From the NCBI GenBank assembly GCA_025362165.1, contig JANYHY010000745.1:1-48138 (forward strand): a stretch of DNA of 48,138 bases, in the 5' to 3' direction. Of this stretch, positions 1 to 7,802 are shown one piece after another (position 1 is the first letter of the stretch; each line of letters begins with the position of its first letter). Position numbers and translations under genes: made by a program. The notes under the pieces were generated by a model. That model saw only the letters and a list, made by a program, of their open reading frames with translations. It searched no databases and was not told where the DNA came from. This DNA comes from Myxococcales bacterium (lineage in GTDB: Bacteria > Myxococcota_A > Polyangia > Polyangiales > Polyangiaceae).

Positions 1-368
1 CAACGATGGCATCCCGGACTCCAAGGATCAGTGCATGCTCGATCCCGAGGACAAGGACAACTACCTCGACGATGACGAGCGCGTTCTTCTTCGGGCAGCC
101 TGGGCGGTCACCGCCTGGCGAGCCTGGTGTGTTCGGGCAGATGTCGTCGAGGTCCACGACGGTGTCGCCGTCATTGTCGAGGTCGATGCAGCCGTCCGTA
201 TCCTCGAAGCCGTCCATGTCCTCGGGCTTGAGCGGGCACTTGTCGGCGCCGTCGAGGATGCCGTCCGAGTCGTTGTCCACGTCGGGGCAGCCGTCTTCGT
301 CGAGGTAGTTGTCCTTGTCCTCGGGATCGAGCATGCACTGATCCTTGGAGTCCGGGATGCCATCGTTG
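1..368. repeat. Perfect 72-bp inverted repeat. Arm 1..72 is the exact reverse complement of arm 297..368, with a 224-bp spacer. The left arm reaches the window edge, so its true length is unknown.
   Basis: Base-by-base comparison: the reverse complement of 297..368 equals 1..72, and the first mismatch is at 73/296. Independent read-out from the ORF track: ORFs 6..308(+) and 61..363(-) start with the identical 22 aa MASRTPRISACSIPRTRTTTST. Confidence 0.95.
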
Positions 369-823
369 TCCGTGTCCGGATCGTCGGGGCAGCCGTCCGT
401 GTCCTCGAACCCGTTGTAGGTCTCGGGTTGGTCTACGCACTTGTCTACGGTGTCGAGCAGACCGTCTCCGTCTTTGTCGCCGGGCTTGGGCGCGTTGACC
501 TCGACGAACTTGCGCTCCGCGCAGCGCTCGACCGGGCTGTTTGCTAGCGCCGCGCGTGCGTTGGGCTCGGCGATGTCCGCGAGCACGACCGCGTTGGAGA
601 GCTCGCCTTGATCCATCTCGACAGTCGCGAACCGGAGGTTGGCGCGAGCGAGCGCGAGCTCACGTGGCGCACATCGCATCGCGCCGTTCTTGTCTGCGCG
701 ATCCACGAGCGAGTTCAACCCGTCGATGCGGCCGCGGAGCACGGAGGCCTGCGAGCAACCTTGCGAGAAGGCCGCGCAGCCGAACAGCGAGGCGAACACG
801 AGGACCGCGCGGAGCTTCTTCAT
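1..823 (-). CDS. Lipoprotein with a DUF4398-like helical N-domain and thrombospondin type-3 (TSP3) Asp-rich repeats, i.e. the N-terminal architecture of OmpA-family envelope proteins. The 3' part is missing or disrupted by the inverted repeat.
   Basis: My own translation of the minus strand; the ORF is open-ended and so absent from the track. ATG at 823-821 gives MKKLRAVLVFASLFGCAAF with lipobox LFGC. Then come DKDGDGLLDTVDKC, DTDGCPDDPDTDNDGIPDSKDQC, DEDGCPDVDNDSDGILDGADKCP, DTDGCIDLDNDGDTVVDLDDICP and GCPKKNALVIV. After nt 72 the open frame reads the antisense of its own repeat (VVVLVLGIEHALILGV) instead of an OmpA domain. The ATG overlaps the upstream stop by 1 nt (TGATG). Confidence 0.7.
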   Translation of the reverse strand, partial: MKKLRAVLVFASLFGCAAFSQGCSQASVLRGRIDGLNSLVDRADKNGAMRCAPRELALARANLRFATVEMDQGELSNAVVLADIAEPNARAALANSPVERCAERKFVEVNAPKPGDKDGDGLLDTVDKCVDQPETYNGFEDTDGCPDDPDTDNDGIPDSKDQCMLDPEDKDNYLDEDGCPDVDNDSDGILDGADKCPLKPEDMDGFEDTDGCIDLDNDGDTVVDLDDICPNTPGSPGGDRPGCPKKNALVIVEVVVLVLGIEHALILGVRDAIV

Positions 824-1173
824 CAGTCGCGCCCCGAAGCTTTGCGAGCCGACTTCGCCAGCTCGATCGCCTTGGACGCATACTCCTCGGCGGTCTCCGC
901 GAAGTTTGCAGCGTCGGAGTAGCTCGCCTCGGAGGCCTCGAACTGCGCGCGCTCCAGATGCGCTTGCGCGTAATAGTACTCGTAGGGAGCGAGCTGCTCG
1001 GCACCGAGCGCTTTGGCCTCTTCGAGACGTGACGAAGCGCCGCTCGCGTTCACCGCGTAATAGATGCCGCCACAGCCGGTCGTGGGCAGCATGAGCGCCA
1101 TGACCAGCACGCACGGACCGAGTCTACGCACGTCGACGCTCACACCAGCCATCCTTCTTCGCTTCGCCAACAC
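823..1173 (-). CDS. DUF4398-like lipoprotein
   Basis: ORF track 823..1173(-). Lipobox PTTGCGG. Helical motif EQLAPYEYYYAQAHLERAQFE is typical of DUF4398 proteins found next to OmpA-family genes (from memory). Its stop overlaps the start of the downstream TSP3 gene. Confidence 0.7.
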   Translation of the reverse strand: MLAKRRRMAGVSVDVRRLGPCVLVMALMLPTTGCGGIYYAVNASGASSRLEEAKALGAEQLAPYEYYYAQAHLERAQFEASEASYSDAANFAETAEEYASKAIELAKSARKASGRD

Positions 1174-1233
1174 GGCACGATTGGAGACGGTAACAACCTA
1201 GAAAGGCCGCGGTCAACGCCCGTGTAAGCCTTG

Positions 1234-1890
1234 TTAGATCTTTCGGTATAGGCCGATGACCACGCCGAGCAGCATGGTTGGCCTGAAGTCCATCGCGCGA
1301 ACGTAAATCGGCGCCATGGTCTTGTTCGCCGGCACGAAGCGGACGTGATCTTTCTCGGGGTGGTAGTACTTGACGGTCGCCTCGTCGCCGATGAGCGCGA
1401 CGACGATGTCGCCCTTTTGCGCGGTGAGTTGCTTGCGCACGAAGAGGTAGTCGCCGTTGAGGATGCCCGCCTCGATCATGGAATCCCCATGAACGCGGAG
1501 ACCGAACACCTCACGACCGCCCTTCAAAAGGCCTCTATCGATGCGAACCGTGTCGATGACGTGCTCTTCGGCCAGCAACGGCATTCCTGCCGCGACTCGC
1601 CCGAGGATCTGCACCTCGATCATGTTGTCGTCGTTCGCGGGGGGAGGGGCGCCGTCGGTGCCCGGCAGGGGTAGCTGCATGCCCGTCGGACGGAGCGCGC
1701 GGCTCTTCATGTCCTCGCGGGTGAGGTACCCTTTGCGCTCGAGCGCGCGGAGGTGATCGTTGACGCCGTTGGTCGAACGAATGCCCATGCGCGCACCGAT
1801 CTCACGGAGCGTCGGAGGGTATCCGCGGTCAGTGATCGATTCGCGAATGTAGTCGAGGACCATCTGCTGACGTTCGGTAAGACCTTCCAT
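1234..1890 (-). CDS. lexA: LexA repressor (SOS regulator, S24 autopeptidase)
   Basis: [36 protein letters not shown] forms the winged HTH. VAAG is the Ala-Gly cleavage site. GDSM carries the Ser nucleophile and a downstream FVRKQ carries the Lys. I chose the internal ATG at 1890 rather than the track's GTG at 2010, because the 40-aa extension has no LexA-like sequence. Confidence 0.93.
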   Translation of the reverse strand: MEGLTERQQMVLDYIRESITDRGYPPTLREIGARMGIRSTNGVNDHLRALERKGYLTREDMKSRALRPTGMQLPLPGTDGAPPPANDDNMIEVQILGRVAAGMPLLAEEHVIDTVRIDRGLLKGGREVFGLRVHGDSMIEAGILNGDYLFVRKQLTAQKGDIVVALIGDEATVKYYHPEKDHVRFVPANKTMAPIYVRAMDFRPTMLLGVVIGLYRKI

Positions 1891-1900
1891 GGTGAACGGA

Positions 1901-1929
1901 AGCGTACTGAACGTGCGCCTAGGCGTCAA
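1901..1929 (-). promoter_or_regulatory. Candidate sigma70-type lexA promoter with a LexA-box-like element (1906..1922) filling the spacer
   Basis: The minus strand reads TTGACG-cctaggcgcacgttcag-TACGCT-tccgttcacc-ATG, giving an exact 17-nt spacer. The spacer sequence CTAGGCGCACGTTCAGT matches 13/17 positions of the Myxococcus-type LexA box CTRHAMRYBYGTTCAGS (consensus from memory). A second CACGTTCAG copy in opposite orientation lies at 1999..2007. Confidence 0.3.
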
Positions 1930-2063
1930 GAAAGCAGGTTTGGGGGTCCGGATGCAGCCGGAAACACGCATTTGGCTGTGCAAGCGTTGTGCGCCTCTCA
2001 CGTTCAGCACTGCCCGCGCTCCACAAGTTCTCCATAGGTACGTCCGCTTGTAGCCCGAGTTGC

Positions 2064-2143
2064 GGAGCTTGTTAGCTTTCTATCTACGGGGTGCCTGGAG
2101 CTTGTTAGCTTTCTATCTAGGGGGTGCCTGGAGCTTGTTAGCC
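2064..2143. repeat. 33-bp direct tandem repeat, about 2.4 copies (GGAGCTTGTTAGCTTTCTATCTAC/GGGGTGCCT)
   Basis: Copies start at 2064, 2097 and 2130. Copies 1 and 2 differ at one base and copy 3 is truncated after 14 nt. The repeat is locally AT-richer than its surroundings. It lies in the non-coding gap between the cytochrome gene stop (2146) and the lexA upstream region. Confidence 0.95.
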
Positions 2144-2145
2144 AC

Positions 2146-2763
2146 TCAGTGATCGGCTTCGCCGGTCCATCGGGCGAGGAAGTGTTCGTCGCGTGGTTCG
2201 CCGTGGCAAGTCGCGCAAGTGTTCTCCTTGCCGTCGCGGCGGGAGAGTCCCTTGTTGAAGGTGACGTCCATCCATCGCGAGAGCACCTCGTGATCGGATC
2301 GATCGAGCTGATGGACGCGACCCTGATGACACGAGTCGCAGAAGAGCGGCGCTTCGTCGGCCGTCCTCAGCTTCACGACGAACTCGTTCCACATCTTCTC
2401 GGCGATCTTCTTCCGAGGAGTGGGCGCGCGGATGTCGTCGGCGTGGCAACCCTTGCAGTTCACGCCGAGCGACTTGGTGAACAGCGGCATCAGCTTGCGA
2501 AGCACGCGCGGCTCTAGCTTCGAGAGCGGCGGCAGGTGCGCCATATCCAACCCGAGCGCTTCGAGGTCGCCTCTCATGTTCGTCGCAAGCAACGGCTTCA
2601 GCTCGACTGGGGCGACCGCGGCGCTCGCTGAAGCGCTCGGCGCGACTGTCGCGCTCGAGCTTGGCACCAAAGCGGGCACGCTCGGCTGGCTCGCTCCACC
2701 GCTCGCCCCGCCACACGCCGCGATCACCGCTAAAAACAGCGCGCTTCGCAGCGCGAGCTTCAT
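2146..2763 (-). CDS. Tri-haem c-type cytochrome lipoprotein
   Basis: Three CxxCH motifs are present (CKGCH, CDSCH, CATCH). The signal/lipobox is MKLALRSALFLAVIAACGG. The start at 2763 forms an ATGA overlap with the stop of the upstream cNMP-binding gene. The track's longer start (2925) lies inside that gene. Confidence 0.75.
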   Translation of the reverse strand: MKLALRSALFLAVIAACGGASGGASQPSVPALVPSSSATVAPSASASAAVAPVELKPLLATNMRGDLEALGLDMAHLPPLSKLEPRVLRKLMPLFTKSLGVNCKGCHADDIRAPTPRKKIAEKMWNEFVVKLRTADEAPLFCDSCHQGRVHQLDRSDHEVLSRWMDVTFNKGLSRRDGKENTCATCHGEPRDEHFLARWTGEADH

Positions 2764-3275
2764 TCGAATTTGCCGCTCGTCGACAAGAACGTGAGCTTGT
2801 CGTTCGTCTCGCGCAGGCGCGCGCTCAACATGCGGACGCACGCCCAGAGCACCTCGTAGGCGAGATCTTTGTGAAGGAACAACAGATCGTCGAACGCGTC
2901 CTTGGTCATCACGAGGAGGCGGCATCGTTCGTGTGCGCGCGCGTCGGCCGACCGCGGAGACTCGTCGAGCAGCGCCATCTCACCGAACACCTCGCCTGCG
3001 CCGAGCACCGCGAGCGCCTCTTCGCCGATGCCGCTCACTTCGCGCGAGATGCGCACCTTGCCCTCTAGGATGATGAACAGCTTGTCGCCCGGATCACCGA
3101 ACTGGAAGATGCGCGTACCGAGCGCGTGCGTCTCTTCGGTCGTCGCTTGAGCGATCAACGACAGTGAGTCCCGCGTGAGGCCGTCGAAGAATGGGACCTT
3201 CGCGAGCTGATCCTCACGCTGGATCGTCGTCGAGGTCGGTGCGGCGTTCACCACTGGGCGAGAGTAGACGCGCAA
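2760..3275 (-). CDS. Stand-alone cyclic-nucleotide-binding (CAP effector domain) protein with no HTH
   Basis: FFDGL...GDKLFIILEGKVRI...GEVFGEMALLDESPRSADARA contains the FGE...R[ST]A phosphate-binding cassette. The start codon (TTG at 3275) is uncertain. Confidence 0.85.
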   Translation of the reverse strand: MRVYSRPVVNAAPTSTTIQREDQLAKVPFFDGLTRDSLSLIAQATTEETHALGTRIFQFGDPGDKLFIILEGKVRISREVSGIGEEALAVLGAGEVFGEMALLDESPRSADARAHERCRLLVMTKDAFDDLLFLHKDLAYEVLWACVRMLSARLRETNDKLTFLSTSGKFE

Positions 3276-3316
3276 AAGGCACGCGGTCCACCTTCTTGGA
3301 TGGAAGCTCGATTCAC

Positions 3317-4273
3317 TCAGTGACCTTGCATGACCAGCCAGCGCTCTGCTTCGAGCGCGGCCATGCAGCCAGTGCCCGCGGCCGTGACCGCTTGGCGATA
3401 CACGAAGTCCTGAACGTCACCCGAGGCGAACACTCCCGCGACGCTCGTCTGCGCGGTGCCGGGCTTGGTCCTGATGTATCCGTTGTCGTGAAGATCGAGC
3501 TGTCCCTTGAAGAGCTCCGTGTTCGGCGTGTGGCCGATGGCGACGAAGATGCCCGTGACGGGGACGTCTGTCTTGCTGCCTGTCTTGATGTTCTTCAATC
3601 GCGCCGCGGTGACCTCGCCTTTGCTGACGTCCAGCACCTCGTCCACGACCGAGTCGTAGATCGGCTTGATTTTAGGGTTCTTGAGCACGCGGTCTTGCAT
3701 CGTCTTGCTCGCGCGGAACGCGTCTCGTCGGTGCACGAGCGTGACCGAGCTGCACATGCCGGAGAGGTACATCGCCTCTTCCATCGCCGTGTCGCCACCA
3801 CCCACGACCATGACGTCCTGGTTGCGGAAGAATGCGCCGTCGCACACCGCGCACGCCGAGACACCCCTGCCCTTGAGCGAGTGCTCCGACTCGATGTCGA
3901 GCCACTTGGCCTGCGCGCCCGTCGCGATGATCAGCGTCTTGCTCTCGACCATCACGTCGTCGTCGCCAGCCCAGACCTTGAACGGGTATGCGGACAGATC
4001 GACTTTGTTGACGTCTTCGCCGCGAATCTCCACGCCTTGGTGCGCCGACTGGTCGCGGAACGCCTTCATCAAATCGGGGCCCGTGATCTTCGCGGGGAAC
4101 CCAGGATAGTTCTCCACGTCATTGGTGATCATGAGCTGGCCACCGGGGATGCCGCCCTTGACGTTGCCTTCGAACATCAACGGCTTCAGGTTCGCGCGCG
4201 CTGCGTAGATGCCAGCCGTGTGGCCCGCGGGTCCAGAGCCGATGATGATGACGTTGCGAATCGACGAGGTCAT
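3317..4273 (-). CDS. trxB: Thioredoxin-disulfide reductase
   Basis: GSGPAG is the FAD-binding motif, CAVCDG is the redox-active disulfide, and VVGGGDTAMEEA is the NADPH site. The ATG at 4273 is preferred over the GTG-GTG at 4279. Confidence 0.93.
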   Translation of the reverse strand: MTSSIRNVIIIGSGPAGHTAGIYAARANLKPLMFEGNVKGGIPGGQLMITNDVENYPGFPAKITGPDLMKAFRDQSAHQGVEIRGEDVNKVDLSAYPFKVWAGDDDVMVESKTLIIATGAQAKWLDIESEHSLKGRGVSACAVCDGAFFRNQDVMVVGGGDTAMEEAMYLSGMCSSVTLVHRRDAFRASKTMQDRVLKNPKIKPIYDSVVDEVLDVSKGEVTAARLKNIKTGSKTDVPVTGIFVAIGHTPNTELFKGQLDLHDNGYIRTKPGTAQTSVAGVFASGDVQDFVYRQAVTAAGTGCMAALEAERWLVMQGH

Positions 4274-4320
4274 CACCACTACGTAATCCCGACTCGTCGC
4301 CAGGGAAAGGGGATCTCAAT

Positions 4321-5934
4321 TCAGAAGCGGTACGCGAACCCGACGTTCAACACGTTCAGCGCGTTGGTGATCGTTCCCAAGTTCACGGGCCAGTTCGTGC
4401 GGAACTTGGTGCGACCGTCCGTGCAGAGCGCTTGACCCGGGATGTTGCTCGCAGACGGGTTGCACTCGATGCCGCCGAGCGCAGGCAGACCTGCCGCGTT
4501 CGGGTTGTTGGCGCCGTTCGACTGCGTCGCGACGAACATGTGCATGAAGCCGAGAGAGATCTCGAGCGCGCTCTTCTTGTCTGGGTTCTTGCCGAGCTTG
4601 AGGCGATACGCTCCGCCGACCGCTGCGCCGAAGCGAGCGGCGCCCATGAAGTCGATGTTCTGATATCGCGGATCTTGTCCGTCCGTCTCGCCGAAGACTC
4701 CCGCGCGCACGGTGAGTTGATCGGGCAGCACGTTCCAATCACCACCGAGTCGAACTCCGATGACGTCTTTGTAAGCGTGGATCTGATCTGCGTTTCCCGG
4801 CAGCTTTCCGCCGGTTCCATTCACAGGGATGATCGCCGAGCCGTCCGGGTTGCTCGGGAAACGAATCTGCAGGGAGTCGAGCGCGCTGTTGTTTGCGTAG
4901 GTGAAGTCGAGCTCTGCGTCCCACTTGTCTTGCGAGACAGGATCGCGTCGGTTCGGATCCGCACCGGCGACCGGCTTGTGCAAGCGCACGCCGATCTTCG
5001 CCTCCATCGGGATGACGAGCTTCACGTTCCCCTTGTCGGGCCCGCAGATCCCCGGAGGTGATCCGCCTGCACAGTCGGCTTCTTTCGTGTAACCAAACAC
5101 GACTTTGTTATCCATGCCGCCATTGGCGACCGCGGGCCGGAAGTAGTTCGCGTAGGTGGCGACGTCGGCGCTCATGTCCGCCGGCGCGCTCCACTTGAAC
5201 CAACCCGCGATGTCGAGCATGGGCGTCGGCGAAGCGATCGCGCCAAGAGTGAAGCCGGGGATGAAGTAGTCCTTCGCGAGCAAGAGAGCTTTGACGTCGT
5301 TCTTCTCGGGCGGCGAGCCGTCCGTGTTGAGCGCGTCGGAGGCGCTAGAGAACTGCGCTGTGGCGAGCCCCCACTGGAAGCTCGCGCCGACGCGGAGCCA
5401 GTCCGTCGCTCGCACGCCGATGGCGACCGTCGGCGTCAGGAGCAGCGCGTTCGCCTTCAACAAGAGGTAGCGCTGCGGAGCCGCCTTGCCGTTGACGAAC
5501 TCCGGCCACGACGTGTTGGCCACGCCGCTCGGCCCGAGCACCGCCAAGCCCACGCCGATCCGATCGTTGACCTTGATCGTCATCGCGAGCTGCGGGTTCG
5601 GAAATGTGCCGAAGTCGTTGCATGCTTGGGGGTACGTGCCACCTGGGGCCATGCCGTCCGCGGTGGTGTCATTGGCCGCCTTCACGCGGGTGAAGCACGT
5701 GTTCCGAAACGCCATGTTCGCGTTGAGGATCAGCCGCGTGTCCTGTCCGGCGAGACCTGCCGGGTTGTAGAAGGCCGCGAGAGGATCGCTGGCGCGTGCC
5801 ACCCAAGCGCCGCCTCGCGCGAGCTGCTCCGAGCCGTTGTCGGGGAACTCGGTGATGTTCGTCGCGAACGCGACGCCGGTGGTCGTCAGCGATGCGACGG
5901 TCACGAGAGCGAGGTGGTGCAGATACAGACGCAT
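4321..5934 (-). CDS. Outer-membrane beta-barrel protein, FadL/OMPP1/TodX-like
   Basis: Signal peptide MRLYLHHLALVTVASLTTTGVAFA. N-terminal GGAWVARASDPLAAFYNPAGLAG resembles the FadL hatch region. There are alternating beta-strand patterns and a terminal aromatic (...GFAYRF). The ATG at 5934 lies 2 nt after the upstream stop. Confidence 0.75.
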   Translation of the reverse strand: MRLYLHHLALVTVASLTTTGVAFATNITEFPDNGSEQLARGGAWVARASDPLAAFYNPAGLAGQDTRLILNANMAFRNTCFTRVKAANDTTADGMAPGGTYPQACNDFGTFPNPQLAMTIKVNDRIGVGLAVLGPSGVANTSWPEFVNGKAAPQRYLLLKANALLLTPTVAIGVRATDWLRVGASFQWGLATAQFSSASDALNTDGSPPEKNDVKALLLAKDYFIPGFTLGAIASPTPMLDIAGWFKWSAPADMSADVATYANYFRPAVANGGMDNKVVFGYTKEADCAGGSPPGICGPDKGNVKLVIPMEAKIGVRLHKPVAGADPNRRDPVSQDKWDAELDFTYANNSALDSLQIRFPSNPDGSAIIPVNGTGGKLPGNADQIHAYKDVIGVRLGGDWNVLPDQLTVRAGVFGETDGQDPRYQNIDFMGAARFGAAVGGAYRLKLGKNPDKKSALEISLGFMHMFVATQSNGANNPNAAGLPALGGIECNPSASNIPGQALCTDGRTKFRTNWPVNLGTITNALNVLNVGFAYRF

Positions 5935-5936
5935 GA

Positions 5937-7802
5937 TCAATCCTTGACTGGCGTGGCCTTGAGGGACGCGCGGCCGTCCTTCACGTAGACAGTGAACTTC
6001 ACGCGCTTGCAGCCGTGCTTCTGCACGAGCGCATCGCGGTTCTTCTTGAGCGTGAGCGAGAACTTCTCGAACGTGAGGCCTTCGACGGGCTCGTTGCATT
6101 GCTTCTTCGTCTTCACGAACTCTTCGAAGACGTGCGGCCACTCGGCGGTCTCCTTGTCGACGGTCCGCTGCGGTCCGGTCGCTTGCGCCAGGATCTCGCG
6201 AGGGATCTGCGCGACCATCGTGGACTCGTCCTCCTCGTTCATCGGCGGCGCGGCCAGAGCGGTCGCTGGTTTCATGGGCTCGGGCGAGCTCGGTATCTTG
6301 TTGACCAGCGTTGGGCCCGTGAGCGGCTGCTGCAGTGCCGCCGGTACTTGCTGGATCGTCGCAGGCTGCTCGACGATCGCTGGCGCAGAGACGTGATGTG
6401 GATCGGACACCGGAGAGTTTCGCGGCGGAGGGGGCCCCGCGTTGGACTGCGTGCGCGGTGCGGGAGGCGGGTTGTTGGGGGGCGGCGGTCCTCCTGGATG
6501 GCTCGGGCTCGTGCGCGCGGGCGGCACGGCTGGCATCATCACTGGCGCTTCACTCGCAGACGAGTCAGGGAACGCGAAGGCGCTCATCGCGGGCTGGGCG
6601 GGGACCGGGCCGAGGATCGACTCGAGATCCGCGGTCTTTCGTGGCGCGCCTGTGCCCTTCTCTGCGACGCGCTCGATGCCGCCGTTGATGTCTTCGGCGA
6701 TCGATCGATATCCGCGACTGACGGCTTGGAGCTGGAACAGATCGATCTCGCCCTTACGTAGCCGCGCTGCTTCCTTGGCGAGCTTGCGCATCGGCATGTC
6801 GTGCTCGAGGAAGCTGAGGCCGATGCCGAGCAGGATGCCTACGAGGATGATGCCGACGATCACCGGCAGGCTGACGGACGCTTTGTCCTTGTCGTCTGCC
6901 TGGGTGATGAATGCGCTCGCCTGAGGGAGAGAGACTCGCAAGCGAACGACCGCGAAGCCAGCGCCGAGATCGTACGCCTCGCCGTCGAGCTTGGTGAACA
7001 CGGCGCCGTAGCTGCCGTCCCCGAGCGAGCGCACATCGCTGCGCCCTTTGTCCTTCCAGGTTTGATCTTGATCGAGCTTGCCGAGCTCGCCCGTGACTTG
7101 ATCCAACGAGCCTTCGTCGAAGCCCTCGCCAGCGCCACTAGCCACGCGCGTGCCTGCGGCGAAGAACGCGATGTTCGCGCGCGTGAGCGTCGACAGATCC
7201 TGCGCGAACTTTTTGTCCACGAGCTTCAGGCCGATCACCGCGCCAGCGGGTGGCTGAGAGACGTCATACTCGACGGGGCGGGCGACCACGCGATACACGG
7301 CACCACCCCAAACCCAAGTGTCATCGCGCAGGTATCCGTGCAGCGCGTCGAACACCGCTGGATAACCGCCGAGCTCGAAGTCGTCCGCTGTGGCGAGCGG
7401 CGCGAGCTGCCTGTCGAAGCCGAGCTGAGCGACCACGCGACCGTCGCGATCCACGGCGAACATGACGTCGCTCTTGTACGCTGGCGGGATCTTGTCATTG
7501 ACCGCGGTGAGCGCCTTCTTCGCGTCGTCCTTCGATTTCTGCGGGATCTTCTCTTTGTCGATGCACCCGACGAGGCTGTCTTGGATGCCTTTGTCGACGC
7601 TCGCGATGAGCATGGCGTCGAGCCTGCGACGGGCGTCGATCTGGAGCGCCCACTTGACGACTTGACTGTCAGCGGCCAACACGTCGTTGGTCGCGACGAG
7701 GCTGCGGCGGTTGTATTGGCCGACCGCCAGGAACACCGCGTACACCGCCACGCCCGCCAATATCGCGAGGATCGCGTACCAAAACCTCGACAGGAGCATC
7801 AT
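5937..7802 (-). CDS. Membrane protein with an N-terminal TM, a periplasmic sensor-like region, a second TM plus HAMP-like helix, a Pro-rich linker and a conserved Cys-containing C-terminal domain
   Basis: The first TM is FWYAILAILAGVAVYAVFLAV and the second is LPVIVGIILVGILLGIGLSFL. These are followed by MPMRKLAKEAARLRKGEIDL, then PPPPNNPPPAPRTQSNAGPPPP. The C-terminus is WPHVFEEFVKTKKQCNEPVEGLTFEKF...KHGCKRVKFTVYVKDGRASLKATPVKD. I recall a myxobacterial C-terminal domain of this type (named after MXAN_5187), but this is unverified. Confidence 0.75.
   Translation of the reverse strand: MMLLSRFWYAILAILAGVAVYAVFLAVGQYNRRSLVATNDVLAADSQVVKWALQIDARRRLDAMLIASVDKGIQDSLVGCIDKEKIPQKSKDDAKKALTAVNDKIPPAYKSDVMFAVDRDGRVVAQLGFDRQLAPLATADDFELGGYPAVFDALHGYLRDDTWVWGGAVYRVVARPVEYDVSQPPAGAVIGLKLVDKKFAQDLSTLTRANIAFFAAGTRVASGAGEGFDEGSLDQVTGELGKLDQDQTWKDKGRSDVRSLGDGSYGAVFTKLDGEAYDLGAGFAVVRLRVSLPQASAFITQADDKDKASVSLPVIVGIILVGILLGIGLSFLEHDMPMRKLAKEAARLRKGEIDLFQLQAVSRGYRSIAEDINGGIERVAEKGTGAPRKTADLESILGPVPAQPAMSAFAFPDSSASEAPVMMPAVPPARTSPSHPGGPPPPNNPPPAPRTQSNAGPPPPRNSPVSDPHHVSAPAIVEQPATIQQVPAALQQPLTGPTLVNKIPSSPEPMKPATALAAPPMNEEDESTMVAQIPREILAQATGPQRTVDKETAEWPHVFEEFVKTKKQCNEPVEGLTFEKFSLTLKKNRDALVQKHGCKRVKFTVYVKDGRASLKATPVKD

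Noticed and set aside
35-547. 170-aa plus-strand ORF (also 6..308+, 61..363-, 171..440-) over the TSP3 repeat region
   Set aside because: After its first 22 residues it reads Val/Ala/Arg-rich nonsense that is the antisense of clear DxDxDG TSP3 repeats on the minus strand. The TSP3-like start is just the inverted-repeat arm.
1229-1250. Sequence CCTTGTTAGATCTTTCGGTATA at the lexA stop resembles the 33-bp repeat core CTTGTTAGCTTTCTATCTA
   Set aside because: Only short blocks match, separated by indels, and the sequence lies inside lexA coding sequence. This is probably chance.
1891-2010. Long lexA start (GTG 2010) adding 40 aa
   Set aside because: The extension ([19 protein letters not shown]...) has no LexA similarity, and canonical LexA begins at MEGLTERQQ. 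The region contains promoter/operator-like elements instead.
2064-2143. Possible CRISPR array (also considered for 9584..9682)
   Set aside because: The repeats are contiguous with no spacers, there are only 2-5 copies, and no cas genes are present in the window.
3191-4435. 414-aa plus-strand ORF
   Set aside because: It is a shadow ORF antisense to trxB, which has unmistakable motifs. It is Arg/Ala/Asp-rich with no motifs, which is typical of high-GC antisense frames.
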